This document shows positions 38,493 through 48,231 of a DNA stretch of 64,000 nucleotides, piece after piece. The DNA comes from an uncultured Gemmatimonadales bacterium (GTDB lineage: Bacteria > Gemmatimonadota > Gemmatimonadetes > Longimicrobiales > RSA9): NCBI GenBank assembly GCA_963816355.1, contig CAWFKH010000006.1, positions 384,001 through 448,000 on the forward strand, read 5' to 3'. Made by a program: the position numbers and the translations under genes. The notes beneath the pieces were generated by a model that worked only from the letters and a program-made list of their open reading frames with translations, did not search any database and was not told where the DNA came from. Positions within the stretch are counted from its first letter, which is position 1; each line of letters opens with the position of its first letter.

Positions 38493-40324
38493 GGTCCGAG
38501 CCCCGCGAGCCGCATGAGGCGGAGCGCGTTGTGCGATGTCGCGGGACCCGGTCGCAGCGCGTAGTCGAAGCGCATCGCGGGCCCGTCCGCCTCCTCCACC
38601 ACGGCCTCCCGGAAGTGGACGACGCGCGCCGCCTCGCGCAGGGGGGGGCGGTTCGCGATCGCGAGGTCGTGCGTGGCGACGGCGCCGATCGCGCGCGTCG
38701 CGAGCAGCCGCTCCAGCACCCACCGCGCGCCCTCGCGGTGCTCCTCGACGTTCGTCCCCTGCAGGATCTCGTCGAGCAGATAGAGCACGGGCGCGCCGCG
38801 AGGCTCCGCGGCGGCCTCGACCACCTGCCGCAGGCGCCGGACCTCCGCCATGAAGAACGAGAGCCCCTCCTCGAGGGAATCCCGGATCCGCATGCTGGTG
38901 AACGGGCGCAGCGTCGTGAGCCGCAGAGAAGCGGCGCACGCCGGCGCTCCGCACGCCGCGAGCACGGCGTTCGCTCCGATCGCCCGCAACAGCGTGCTCT
39001 TCCCGGACATGTTCGACCCGGTCACGAGCAGGAGCGTGCCGGACGGTCCGACGGAGACGTCGTTCGCGACGCGCGTCCCGGGAGCGAGGAGGGGATGTCC
39101 GAGCGACGTCGCCTGGAAGCACGCGGGCTCCTCTTCCGGCGCGATCTCGGGGAACACCCACTCCGGCTGGTCGAAGGCGAGCGTGGCGAGAGCCGCGAGC
39201 GCCTCCGCTTCACCGAGCGCCTCGAGCCAGCCCCGCGCGCGGCCGCCCTCCTCGCGCGCCCAGCGCTCCAGCCTGGCCACGACGTGGAAGTCCCACAGCG
39301 TGACGAGGTGGACCGCGAAGTGGACGAAGGAGAGGCGCAGGTCCGCGAGGTGGAGGATGCGCTCGAGGCGCGCGATCGCGGCGGAGGCCGGCGCGCCCGA
39401 GTCGACGCCGAGCGCGGCGCGCAGCCGGCGCAGGCGAGGCGCGTCGAACGACGCGGCCTCGAGCAGGCGGAGCAGGTCCGCGTACGGGTCGAGCTCGTCG
39501 ACCGGCGCTGCGTCGCGCCGCGTGCGGCCCAGCGCGCCCGCGTGGCGCAGCGTCAGCAGCAGGTTCGCGGCGACGCCGGCGAGCCAGAGGTTCGCGCCGA
39601 CGACGCCCGCGATCTGGAGCGCCGCGAGCCCGATCGTGGCGAGCGGCAGCAGGCGCGCCGCCCAGAGCAGGCGCGGCCGCCGCAGCAGCCACGGCTCGCG
39701 GGTGGCCCAGCCGAGGAACCGCTCGACGCGGGCCGCGCCGATGTCGCCGGCGAGGCGGCCGCGCGCGGCGAGCTCGTCGCGGAGCGCCGCGTCGCGCGCG
39801 AGCTCCCGGACCGCGGCCTGGCGCTCGAGGGTCTCTTCCCGGCCGGCGGGATCGAGCAGCCAGCGGCCGAGCACGGCGCGTCCGCCGGGCGTCGATACGG
39901 GGCCCAGGAGGGAGGAGATCGATGCATGGCCCAGGATGTTGAGGTCGGCCGCGTACGGGTGTTCGGCCGGGACACGCACGCTCCAGGCGGGGACCGCGCT
40001 CCACCGGCGCTGCAGCCGCGCGAGTCCCTCCGCGGCGAGGCGGCTGCGGGCGCGCGCGCGCGCTTCCGCCCGTCGCACCCGGCCGTGCCACGCGACGGCG
40101 GCCACGAATCCGCCGAGCGTGGCGAGCGCGACCACCAGCGCGGCGGCGCGCAGCGGCTGGGGCGCGATCTCGGATGCGACGATCGCGGAGATCGCGAGGG
40201 TGAAGAGTGCGAGCCGGAGGTGGGAGACGAGGCGGCTGCGGCGGCCGAGTGCGACGCGCTCCGCCGCCCGTTCCGCCTCGACGTTCCGGTAGTGTTCGCG
40301 CGGGTCCGTCGACGGCGTCGTCAT
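38480..40324 (-). CDS. Membrane-anchored MutS-family ATPase (MutS_V domain only)
   Basis: N-terminal TMs, HPYAADL, TGSNMSGKST, SFFMAE, DEILQGTN, ATHD. Confidence 0.88.
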   Translation of the reverse strand: MTTPSTDPREHYRNVEAERAAERVALGRRSRLVSHLRLALFTLAISAIVASEIAPQPLRAAALVVALATLGGFVAAVAWHGRVRRAEARARARSRLAAEGLARLQRRWSAVPAWSVRVPAEHPYAADLNILGHASISSLLGPVSTPGGRAVLGRWLLDPAGREETLERQAAVRELARDAALRDELAARGRLAGDIGAARVERFLGWATREPWLLRRPRLLWAARLLPLATIGLAALQIAGVVGANLWLAGVAANLLLTLRHAGALGRTRRDAAPVDELDPYADLLRLLEAASFDAPRLRRLRAALGVDSGAPASAAIARLERILHLADLRLSFVHFAVHLVTLWDFHVVARLERWAREEGGRARGWLEALGEAEALAALATLAFDQPEWVFPEIAPEEEPACFQATSLGHPLLAPGTRVANDVSVGPSGTLLLVTGSNMSGKSTLLRAIGANAVLAACGAPACAASLRLTTLRPFTSMRIRDSLEEGLSFFMAEVRRLRQVVEAAAEPRGAPVLYLLDEILQGTNVEEHREGARWVLERLLATRAIGAVATHDLAIANRPPLREAARVVHFREAVVEEADGPAMRFDYALRPGPATSHNALRLMRLAGLGPPGE

Positions 40325-40351
40325 CTCCGGTGTCGGCGGCGGAACCTGGCG

Positions 40352-42010
40352 TCAGCCGACGTTGCGCTCGGCGCGCGGCGGCCGTCCCGCGTAGCGCGGT
40401 TTGTGGAAGAGGAATCCCTGCGTCAGGTGGACGCCGAGGTCACGCACCGTCTCGAACTCCTCGCGCCGCTCGACGCCCTCCGCGACGACCTTCGCGCCGT
40501 GGTCGTCGGCGAACTTGACCATCGTCTCGACCAGGTGCTGCTTGAGGAAGTTCGTGTCGATGTTCGAGATGAGCGAGATGTCGAGCTTGATGTAGTCGGG
40601 CGCGAGGTTGGCGATCGAGCCGAGGCCGGCGTAGCCGGAGCCGGCGTCGTCGACCGCGAAACGGAAGCCCATCTCGCGGAAGCGCGCCAGGTACTCCTGG
40701 AAGCGCGGGTAGTCCTTGATCGCGGTGCGCTCGGTGATCTCGAGCACGACCCGCGACGGGTCCTCGATGCCGAGCTGCGCCGGCTCCATCTCGCGGAAGG
40801 ACGGATCGTCGAAGTCGTGCGGATCGATGTTCATGAAGAGGTGCTCGCCCTCGCGCAGCTCCTGGATGATCCCCTCGACGGCGCGGCGGCGGCAGAGCCG
40901 GCTCAGCTCCCAGATCAGGTTCGCTTCTTCGGCGACCTCGAAGAGCACCTCCGGCGAGCGCAGCGAGCGGCGCACGCCGCGGGAGAGCGCTTCATAGCCG
41001 TAGACGCGTTCCGTATCGGTCACGATGATCGGGTGGTACTCGATGAAGATCGCCTCTTCCTGAAGTGTCGCGCGCAGGTCCGCGACCTTGCGCGAGAGCT
41101 CCCACTCCTCGGCGCCACGGGCGGCCTGCGCCGCCTCTCGCAGGGCGCGGTAGATGAGGCGCTCCGTGCGGATCTTCGGGTTGCGGAAGACGGTCGCGGA
41201 GCCGATGTAGATGCCGCACAGCGCCGCGATCTCTTCGCCGTGCAGGTCCTCGATGTGGCGACTCAGCGAGCGCTCGAGCGTCGCCGAGAGCTCGTCGAGC
41301 CGCCGCTTCCCCTGACCATCCCCCGTCGCGATCTGCAGGAAGATGATGAAGTTGTCGTCTCCGGTGTGGGAGACCATCATCAGGTTCGCGCCGCCCGGCC
41401 GCTCGCGCGTGTAGAAGTCGCGCAGCCCTGCGGCCGTGCTCTCGAGCACGTCGTCGAGCTTCTGCCAGCCGTAGATCTCCTCGATCTTCTCGTACCAGAC
41501 GAAGTGGATGAAGAGGATCGTGAGCTCGCCCTGCCGGTCCAGGATACCCTGCGCCGTCTCCATCATCACCGGCAGCGTGGGCAGGCCGGTGAGCTTGTCG
41601 TAGAGCAGCTCCTGGTAGCGTACGAGCTGCGCGCGCGTCGGCGTGACCTCCTCGCGGCCCTCGTGGCCCCGCTCCCACGCCGCGCTCAGACGCAGCGCCA
41701 GCTCGGCCTCGTCGACCGGCAGCATCATCCACTCACCCGCGCGCGCGAGCTCTGCGGCGTCGCAGTCCCCGACGCCGTGGCACGCGACGACGAGCGCCGC
41801 GCCCGCGGCCTTCACCTCCGCGATCGCGCGGCGGATCTCCTCCTGGTCCTCGCTCTCGAGCACGACCACGTCCGGATCCTCGCGGAGCGCGTCGCTCGCG
41901 ACGCCGGAGGGATGCGGCTCGCCATCCAGCAGCGTCGCGTCGAGCCGCGCGGCCGCGCCGGTGAGGGCGAGCCGCAGCGCTTCGTCCTGCACGCGTGCCA
42001 GGATCCTCAC
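40352..42010 (-). CDS. EAL-domain phosphodiesterase with degenerate GGDEF
   Basis: DKLTGLP, TGDDNF, YEALSR, EITE, DDAGSGY, AEGVE. Confidence 0.88.
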   Translation of the reverse strand: MRILARVQDEALRLALTGAAARLDATLLDGEPHPSGVASDALREDPDVVVLESEDQEEIRRAIAEVKAAGAALVVACHGVGDCDAAELARAGEWMMLPVDEAELALRLSAAWERGHEGREEVTPTRAQLVRYQELLYDKLTGLPTLPVMMETAQGILDRQGELTILFIHFVWYEKIEEIYGWQKLDDVLESTAAGLRDFYTRERPGGANLMMVSHTGDDNFIIFLQIATGDGQGKRRLDELSATLERSLSRHIEDLHGEEIAALCGIYIGSATVFRNPKIRTERLIYRALREAAQAARGAEEWELSRKVADLRATLQEEAIFIEYHPIIVTDTERVYGYEALSRGVRRSLRSPEVLFEVAEEANLIWELSRLCRRRAVEGIIQELREGEHLFMNIDPHDFDDPSFREMEPAQLGIEDPSRVVLEITERTAIKDYPRFQEYLARFREMGFRFAVDDAGSGYAGLGSIANLAPDYIKLDISLISNIDTNFLKQHLVETMVKFADDHGAKVVAEGVERREEFETVRDLGVHLTQGFLFHKPRYAGRPPRAERNVG

Positions 42011-42399
42011 GACGCCCGCTTGCCCAGGCTGATGTTGCGCTCGACCTTGGCGCCGAGATCGCTCAGCTTGATCGGCTTGACGATGTAGTCGTCGGCGCCG
42101 GCATGGACGCCCTTCTGCTTGTCCTCGAAGTCGCTGCGCGCGGTGAGCATGACGATGCGGACGTCGTCCAGCTCCGGATGCGTCTTCATCGTCCGCGCGA
42201 CCTCCCAGCCGTCCATTCCCGGCATCATCACGTCGAGGAGCACGAGGTTAGGGTGCTCGTCCTGCACCAGCGTGATCGCTTCGGCGCCATCGTGGGCGAC
42301 GACCACGCGGTAGCCTCTGGCTTCGAGGTAGGTGCGGACGATGTTGAGCGCGTCCGGGTCGTCGTCCACGACGAGGATGGTCCGGTTCTCTTCGGTCAT
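42007..42399 (-). CDS. Single-domain response regulator
   Basis: ILVVDDD, LLDVMMPGMDG, MLTA, KP. Confidence 0.93.
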   Translation of the reverse strand: MTEENRTILVVDDDPDALNIVRTYLEARGYRVVVAHDGAEAITLVQDEHPNLVLLDVMMPGMDGWEVARTMKTHPELDDVRIVMLTARSDFEDKQKGVHAGADDYIVKPIKLSDLGAKVERNISLGKRAS

Positions 42400-42409
42400 A
42401 GGGCCAGCT

Positions 42410-42577
42410 TCAGCGTCGTTGTGCGGTCGCGAGCCACAGCCCGACTCCGATCACGGGCAGGGCGACAATGGCCGCGCTCCACAGGAGCTTGCGGCCGCGC
42501 CCCGCCGGAGTGCCGAAGAGGCGGGCGAGCGCCCACAGCTCCAGCAGGAGCACGAGCAACGCGAGGATCAGCCGCAT
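42410..42577 (-). CDS. Small membrane protein (PLDc_N-like)
   Basis: Two hydrophobic helices with a KLLW..LPVIG motif. Confidence 0.65.
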   Translation of the reverse strand: MRLILALLVLLLELWALARLFGTPAGRGRKLLWSAAIVALPVIGVGLWLATAQRR

Positions 42578-42637
42578 CTCTCCGAACGCGGTTCGGGTGT
42601 CGCTGCGCGGGAGGGGCAAGATCTGCGCCGCATCCGC

Positions 42638-44458
42638 TCAGCTCGCGGCGGCCGGCGGCTGCGCGAACTGCAGCTCGTAGAGCCGTGCGTAGAGGCCGCC
42701 CTCGCGCAGCAGCTCCTGGTGCGTTCCCTGCTCGCGCAGCACGCCGTGGTGGAGCACCAGGATGCGGTCCGCGTTCTGTACGGTGGAGAGGCGGTGCGCA
42801 ATGACGAGCGAGGTGCGGCCGCGCATCAGCGTCTCGAGCGCCTGCTGGATCTGCTCCTCGAGCGCCGAGTCGACGGAGGAGGTGGCCTCGTCGAGCACGA
42901 GCACGAGGGGATCGAAGGCGAGCGCGCGCGCGAAGGAGAGCAGCTGGCGTTCGCCCACGGAGAGGGACGCGCCGCGCTCGCCGACCGGCTCGCCGTAGCG
43001 GCGCGGCAGGCGCTCGATGAAACGGTCGGCGCCCACCCGCCGCGCCGCCTCCTCGAGGCGCTCCTGCGGGATCTCGTCCCGGCCCAGGCGGATGTTGTAC
43101 TCGATGCTGCTGCTGAAGACGAAGACGTCCTGCAGCACGAGGCCGATGCGACGCCGCAGCGCGTGCGGGTCCATGGCGCTGATCGCCACGCCGTCGAAGT
43201 AGATCTCGCCTTTCTGCGGCGCGTAGAAGCGCATCAACAGGTTGATGATGCTCGTCTTCCCCGCGCCGGTGTGGCCCACGATCGCCAGCCGCTCGCCGGG
43301 CTTCACGTGGAAGCTGATGTCGCGCAGCACCCAGTCCCACTCCCTGCCGTCCTCCGCCCTCTGGTAGGCGAAGGAGACGTCGCGAAACTCGATCTCGCCG
43401 CGGCCGGGCGTGACGGGCGCGCGCGGCTGCGCGGGCGCGACGATCGCGGGCGGCGTGTCGACGAGCTTGAAGACGCGCTCCGACGACGCCATCGCGCCCT
43501 GCAGCATGTTGTACTTCTCGGAGAGGTCCTGGATCGGACGGAAGAAGCGCCGCGCGTACTGCAGGAAGGCGGCGATGACGCCCACGGTGATGGTGCCGCC
43601 GGCGATCACCTGCAGGCCGCCGTAGGCGAGAATCACCGCGAGCGCGACGGAGGTGAGCACCTCGATGACCGGGAAGAAGAGCGCGTAGTAGGTGATCGAG
43701 CGCAGGTGCGCCCCGAGATAGTCGCGGTCGATCTCACGGAAGCGCCGCTCCGTGTCCGGCTCGCGGCCGAACAGCTTGAGCACCGCCATCCCGGTGATCC
43801 GCTCCTGCAGGTACGCATTGATGCGGGCCAGCCGCACGCGGATGTCGCGGAACGCGTCCCGGATGCGGCCGCGGAAGAAGAAGGCGGCGAGGACGACGGC
43901 GGGCAGCACCGTCAAGGTGACGAGGGCGAGCCGCCAGTTCATCAGCAGCATCACGACGACGATGAAGACGAGCGTGAACACGTCGCCGAAGACCGTCACG
44001 ATGCCGGAGCTGAAGAGTTCGTTCAGCACCTCGACGTCGTTGGTGACGCGGGTCATGAGGCGCCCGAGCGGATTGCGGTCGAAGAAGCCGAGGTGCAGCC
44101 GCTGCAGGTGGCCGAAGATCTCCTTGCGCAGGTCGAACATGACGCGCTGTCCGAGCCACGTGGTGAGCAGCGTCTGTGCGTAGTCGAAGGCGAACGAGAG
44201 CGCGAGCGAGGCGAGGAACGCGATCGCGAGTAGCGTGAGGAAGTGGAAGTCGTGCTGCGGGATGGCGCGGTCGATCGCCAGCTTCGTGAGCCACGGTCCC
44301 ACGAGCTCGAGCGCCGATCCGCCGAGCAGCACGAGCACGGCGACGCCGACGCGCGCGCGATAGGGACGCAGGTAGCCCAGCATGCGCCGCATCAAGCGCG
44401 CGTCGTACGCTTTGCCGAGGGCCTCTTCTTCCTGGACGGACGGAGCTCGTGATGCCAT
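42638..44458 (-). CDS. ABC exporter, fused permease/ATP-binding (MdlB-like)
   Basis: Six TMs, GHTGAGKT, LSVGERQ, LDEATS. Confidence 0.93.
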   Translation of the reverse strand: MASRAPSVQEEEALGKAYDARLMRRMLGYLRPYRARVGVAVLVLLGGSALELVGPWLTKLAIDRAIPQHDFHFLTLLAIAFLASLALSFAFDYAQTLLTTWLGQRVMFDLRKEIFGHLQRLHLGFFDRNPLGRLMTRVTNDVEVLNELFSSGIVTVFGDVFTLVFIVVVMLLMNWRLALVTLTVLPAVVLAAFFFRGRIRDAFRDIRVRLARINAYLQERITGMAVLKLFGREPDTERRFREIDRDYLGAHLRSITYYALFFPVIEVLTSVALAVILAYGGLQVIAGGTITVGVIAAFLQYARRFFRPIQDLSEKYNMLQGAMASSERVFKLVDTPPAIVAPAQPRAPVTPGRGEIEFRDVSFAYQRAEDGREWDWVLRDISFHVKPGERLAIVGHTGAGKTSIINLLMRFYAPQKGEIYFDGVAISAMDPHALRRRIGLVLQDVFVFSSSIEYNIRLGRDEIPQERLEEAARRVGADRFIERLPRRYGEPVGERGASLSVGERQLLSFARALAFDPLVLVLDEATSSVDSALEEQIQQALETLMRGRTSLVIAHRLSTVQNADRILVLHHGVLREQGTHQELLREGGLYARLYELQFAQPPAAAS

Positions 44459-44570
44459 GCCGCGAAGTTAACAGCGGGCGGAGGGGGCGCGCGACACGCG
44501 GCACGGGCGCGAAGCCGTGACGCGCATCGCCTCGCGTTGACACTCCGGCGCGAGCTGGGTATGTATCGGC

Positions 44571-44840
44571 ATGGGAATCGTCGCCTGGATCGTGTTCGGC
44601 CTGCTCGCCGGCGCGATCGCCAAGGGGATCATGCCGGGGAAGGACCCGGGCGGTTGCCTCGTGACGGCGCTGATCGGCATCGCGGGCGCCCTCCTCGGCG
44701 GCTTCATCGGCACGTCCGTGCTCGATTTCGGCACGGTCACCGGCTTCAACGTGCGCTCGCTCGCCATCGCGATTCTGGGCGCCATCCTCCTGCTGCTCCT
44801 CTACCGCATCCTCCTGCCGCGCCGCGAGCGCCGCCCGTAG
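44571..44840 (+). CDS. GlsB/YeaQ/YmgE transglycosylase-associated membrane protein
   Basis: MGIVAWIVFGLLAGAIAKGIMPGKDPGG. Confidence 0.9.
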   Translation: MGIVAWIVFGLLAGAIAKGIMPGKDPGGCLVTALIGIAGALLGGFIGTSVLDFGTVTGFNVRSLAIAILGAILLLLLYRILLPRRERRP

Positions 44841-44854
44841 CGCGCCGCGAACGC

Positions 44855-45643
44855 TCAGGCGAGCAGCGCGCGCACCTCGTCCGCCACACCCTGGTTTGTG
44901 CTGACGACGCTGCCGCCCGTGTGCGTCCGGCGTCCGGCGAGGTCCGTCGCCACACCGCCGGCCTCGGCCACGATCGGCAGCAGCGCCGCCGCGTCCCACG
45001 GCTTCATGACCGGGTCGATCATCGCCTCGGCGCGGCCCGTCGCCACGAGCGCGTGGCCGTAGCAGTCGCCCCACGTCCGCACCAGCCCCGCGCGGAAGCG
45101 CAGCCGATCCCACGCTTCGCCCAGCTCGTTGCGCGGGAGGCGCTCGGCGTCCGTCGTGAGGATGAGCGCGTCCTCGACCCGCGAGACATCCGATACGCGG
45201 GCGCGCCGCCCGTTCCACCAGCAGCCGAGGCCCCGCGCCGCGGACACCGTCTCGCCCAGCGCCGGGAAGTGGAGCACGCCCACTCCGACCTCGCCCCCCT
45301 CCTCCAGCGCGATCATCACGCCGTAGAGCGGGACGCCACGGACGAACGAGCGCGTGCCGTCGATCGGGTCCAGGATCCAGCGTCGGGGCGCCTCCGGCCG
45401 CGTCTCGCCGAACTCCTCGCCCAGGATGCCGTCCTCCGGGTAGCGGCGCTCGATCGCGGCGCGGCACAGCCGCTCCGCCTCCCGATCGGCGACCGTCACG
45501 GGGCTCGCGTCGGCCTTCACCTCCGTGGCGACGCCGCTCTGGAAGTGCGCCAGCGTGATGCGGCCGGCGCGCCAGGCGAGCTCCACCGCGAATTCGTACG
45601 CCTCTCGCAGCGCCGGCGATGCCGGCTCAAGCCCGGCGCTCAC
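44855..45643 (-). CDS. hisN: Histidinol-phosphatase (inositol monophosphatase family)
   Basis: SPVTVADREAE, GEE, WILDPIDGTRSF, RTWGDCYG, PWDAAA. Confidence 0.85.
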   Translation of the reverse strand: MSAGLEPASPALREAYEFAVELAWRAGRITLAHFQSGVATEVKADASPVTVADREAERLCRAAIERRYPEDGILGEEFGETRPEAPRRWILDPIDGTRSFVRGVPLYGVMIALEEGGEVGVGVLHFPALGETVSAARGLGCWWNGRRARVSDVSRVEDALILTTDAERLPRNELGEAWDRLRFRAGLVRTWGDCYGHALVATGRAEAMIDPVMKPWDAAALLPIVAEAGGVATDLAGRRTHTGGSVVSTNQGVADEVRALLA

Positions 45644-46518
45644 AGCGGGTGCGCCGGGCGCGCGGCGTCGCCGGCCGCGGCGTCGCCCTGCCGCGCTCCG
45701 CCGGCGCGGAGCGCTTCGCGGCGGATCGCGACGCCATCGGCGGCGAGGCGCCGCTTCACGTCGGCGACGCGTACCGTGCCGTCGTGGAAGAGCGCCCCGG
45801 CGAGGATCCCGTCGGCACCGGCGATCACGAAGGCGTCCCGGATCTGCTCGGCACCGCTCGCGTCGCCTCTGGCGACGACCGGTACTTCGACGCGCTCGAC
45901 CACGCGCGCGGTGAGCTCGAGGTCATAGCCTTCGCCGGCGTCGTCACGATCAATGTTGGCGAGCAGGATCTCGCCGGCTCCCAGCTCGCCGCACTCGGAC
46001 GCCCAGGAGATCGCGTTGCGGTCGGTCGCCTGAGCGCCGCGCCGCGTGAAGACGCGGTACCAGTCGACGTCCTCGACGATCTCGTCGTACGGCGCGGTAG
46101 CCCCCATGTGGTCCGAGGAGACGGCGCCACGGCGGCGCTCGACGCGCGCGTCGATCCCCACGACAATGGCGTGGGTGCCGAACCGCTCCGCCGCCTCGCG
46201 GATCAGATCCGGGCGCGCGATCGCCGCGCTGTCGAGAACGACCTTGTCCGCGCCGGCGCGCAGCAGCCGACCGACCTCCTCGAGGTCGGCGATGTCGCCG
46301 CCCACGGTCAGCGGGATGAAGAGCCGCTCGGCCGTGCGGCGCACCAGTCCGGTCAGGCTCTCGCGGCTGACTTCCTCGCCGGCGACGTCGAGAAGCATGA
46401 TCTCGTCGGCGCCCTCCTCGGCGAAGTGGAGCGCGAGCGACGCCGGCTCGGCGGCGGCGTCGCCGGCCAGACGGCCCTGCCGCGTGTCGATGCGAACGAT
46501 GATGCGCTTCTGTAGCAT
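45640..46518 (-). CDS. hisF: HisF-like TIM-barrel protein, highly degenerate
   Basis: MLQKRII, GADE..LD, FIPLTVGG, AGADKV, GAGEILL, GYDLEL. Phosphate-binding motifs altered. Confidence 0.8.
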   Translation of the reverse strand: MLQKRIIVRIDTRQGRLAGDAAAEPASLALHFAEEGADEIMLLDVAGEEVSRESLTGLVRRTAERLFIPLTVGGDIADLEEVGRLLRAGADKVVLDSAAIARPDLIREAAERFGTHAIVVGIDARVERRRGAVSSDHMGATAPYDEIVEDVDWYRVFTRRGAQATDRNAISWASECGELGAGEILLANIDRDDAGEGYDLELTARVVERVEVPVVARGDASGAEQIRDAFVIAGADGILAGALFHDGTVRVADVKRRLAADGVAIRREALRAGGARQGDAAAGDAARPAHPL

Positions 46519-46552
46519 CAGGCAGCCTCCTCCCCCTCGATTCCCCGGGACA

Positions 46553-47179
46553 TCACCTGCGCCTCCGCCTGGTCGCCCGCGCGGCGGCGGCGTGGGCGAG
46601 GAAGTTGCGCAGGAGACGCAACCCCGCCGCGCCGCTCTTCTCCGGGTGGAACTGGACGCCCCACACATTCGCGCGCCGCACCGCCGCCGCGAAGCGAACG
46701 TGCTCGTGCAGCGTCCACGCCACCTCGTCCCCGCCGTCGACGGGCACGCCGATGCAACTGTTGGCGAAGTAGGCGCTGAAGGCGGCGATCGCCGTGAAGA
46801 GAGGATCGTCGGGCATCGCCTCCACCGTGTTCCAGCCCAGGTGTGGCACACGCCGCGTCCTCAGCCGCCGCACCTCGCCGGGAATGACGCCGATGCCCGT
46901 GCCCTCCTGGTCGGCGGAGCGATCGAAGAGCAGCTGCATGCCGACGCCGATGCCGAGGGCGGGGAAACCGTCGTCGAGCGCGGAGCGCAGGATGGTGCGC
47001 GCCCGCTCGAGCTGTTTCGCCGCCGCGGCGAAGACGCCGCCGCCCGGCAGCACGAGCGCGTCCGCCGTCAGCAGCAGATACGCGTTCGGCTCCACTTCGA
47101 CCGTCGCCCCCTCGGCTTCGAACGCCCTCTGCAGCGAAAGTACGTTGCCGGCGCCGGAGTCGAAGATGGCGACGTTCAT
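46553..47179 (-). CDS. hisH: HisH-like class I glutamine amidotransferase lacking the catalytic Cys
   Basis: DSGAGN, LPG.G, GIGVGMQLL (Cys to Gly), PHLGWN, QFHPEKS. Confidence 0.8.
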   Translation of the reverse strand: MNVAIFDSGAGNVLSLQRAFEAEGATVEVEPNAYLLLTADALVLPGGGVFAAAAKQLERARTILRSALDDGFPALGIGVGMQLLFDRSADQEGTGIGVIPGEVRRLRTRRVPHLGWNTVEAMPDDPLFTAIAAFSAYFANSCIGVPVDGGDEVAWTLHEHVRFAAAVRRANVWGVQFHPEKSGAAGLRLLRNFLAHAAAARATRRRRR

Positions 47180-47251
47180 GGAGGCTCCCGCTCCTCGTCC
47201 TCGTACGGTGCGACGCCCGGACCCACCCAGGATCCGGCGGGAAGGCGGCTG

Positions 47252-47267
47252 TGCGAAGAACGTGCCG
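47252..47267 (-). promoter_or_regulatory. Possible sigma-54 promoter upstream of the hisH-like gene
   Basis: Minus strand CGGCACGTTCTTCGCA, GG-N10-GC. Confidence 0.4.
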
Positions 47268-47326
47268 GTCGGTCAGCGCCGGTCGGGACGACTGTGAAGG
47301 TGGGCGCGCGGGATGGCCGCGTCGGC

Positions 47327-48172
47327 TCAGCTCGGCGCGTACTTGCGGCGGACGGCGTGGAGCCACGACATGTAGTGCGGCGCCAGGCGCAGGTCGGGGT
47401 CCTCGCGGATCGGAAACGCCGCGAAGCGGACCTCGCCCTCGTCGCGAAGCGTGCCGAGGTCGAGCGCCTTCAGGTCCGCCACCAGGGAATCGTACTCCTC
47501 GCGCGACAGCACGAACGGGCTCCAGCGCACGCCGTGCGCCGTCCCCTCGCCCGCTTCGCCGCGCTGCAGCACCTCGTTCAGGATGTGGTGCGGAGGCACC
47601 ACGCCGTACGGCACGAGGTCCGGGACGTCGAGCAGGAACTCGGAGAGCGGCCGCTCCAGCGTGCGTTGCCGCCCGTCCGGGTCCGTTCGGCCGTAGGGGA
47701 CGCGACGCTGCTGTCGCGTGCTCGGGCGCGCCTCCACGATCCGCTTCATGCGACGCAGGTCCTCCGCGAGGATCGGCCGCAGCAGCGGCGCCACGACGCG
47801 CGTCGCGACGCGCCCGGCGCGGACGGCGAGGTAGGTGGTCGTGCGCGTTCGACCGGTGCCGAACGGCTCGACGCGCCGCCAGCCCGTCGACAGAACCGGT
47901 CCCTCGCGCGAGCGCAGCGCCATCTCGAAGCCGGTCGTCGTGTCCTCATTGAGCCGTGTCACCTCGTCGATCCGCACGAATCCCCGGCCGAGGAAGCGGA
48001 CGACCTCGCGGATCTGCGACATCGGCTGGAGCGGCGGCGGCGTGAGCACCTCGATCTCGACGACGCCCCGGCGCCATTCGACGTCGTTGCGCACGTCGCG
48101 GACGTAGCCCCAGACGACGTCCGCCGATCGATCGACGACGACGCTCTGAACGAACTCGATCCATGTCTGCAT
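47327..48172 (-). CDS. SRPBCC/polyketide-cyclase domain fused to an unknown C-terminal domain
   Basis: SVVVDRSADVVWGYVRDVRNDVEW..DLRRMKRIVE, then about 120 aa unrecognised. Confidence 0.75.
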   Translation of the reverse strand: MQTWIEFVQSVVVDRSADVVWGYVRDVRNDVEWRRGVVEIEVLTPPPLQPMSQIREVVRFLGRGFVRIDEVTRLNEDTTTGFEMALRSREGPVLSTGWRRVEPFGTGRTRTTTYLAVRAGRVATRVVAPLLRPILAEDLRRMKRIVEARPSTRQQRRVPYGRTDPDGRQRTLERPLSEFLLDVPDLVPYGVVPPHHILNEVLQRGEAGEGTAHGVRWSPFVLSREEYDSLVADLKALDLGTLRDEGEVRFAAFPIREDPDLRLAPHYMSWLHAVRRKYAPS

Positions 48173-48231
48173 TGGCCACAATATAGCGACCTCGTCGTCG
48201 CGCCGGCACCGGGCGTGGCGGCGCGGCGCGC

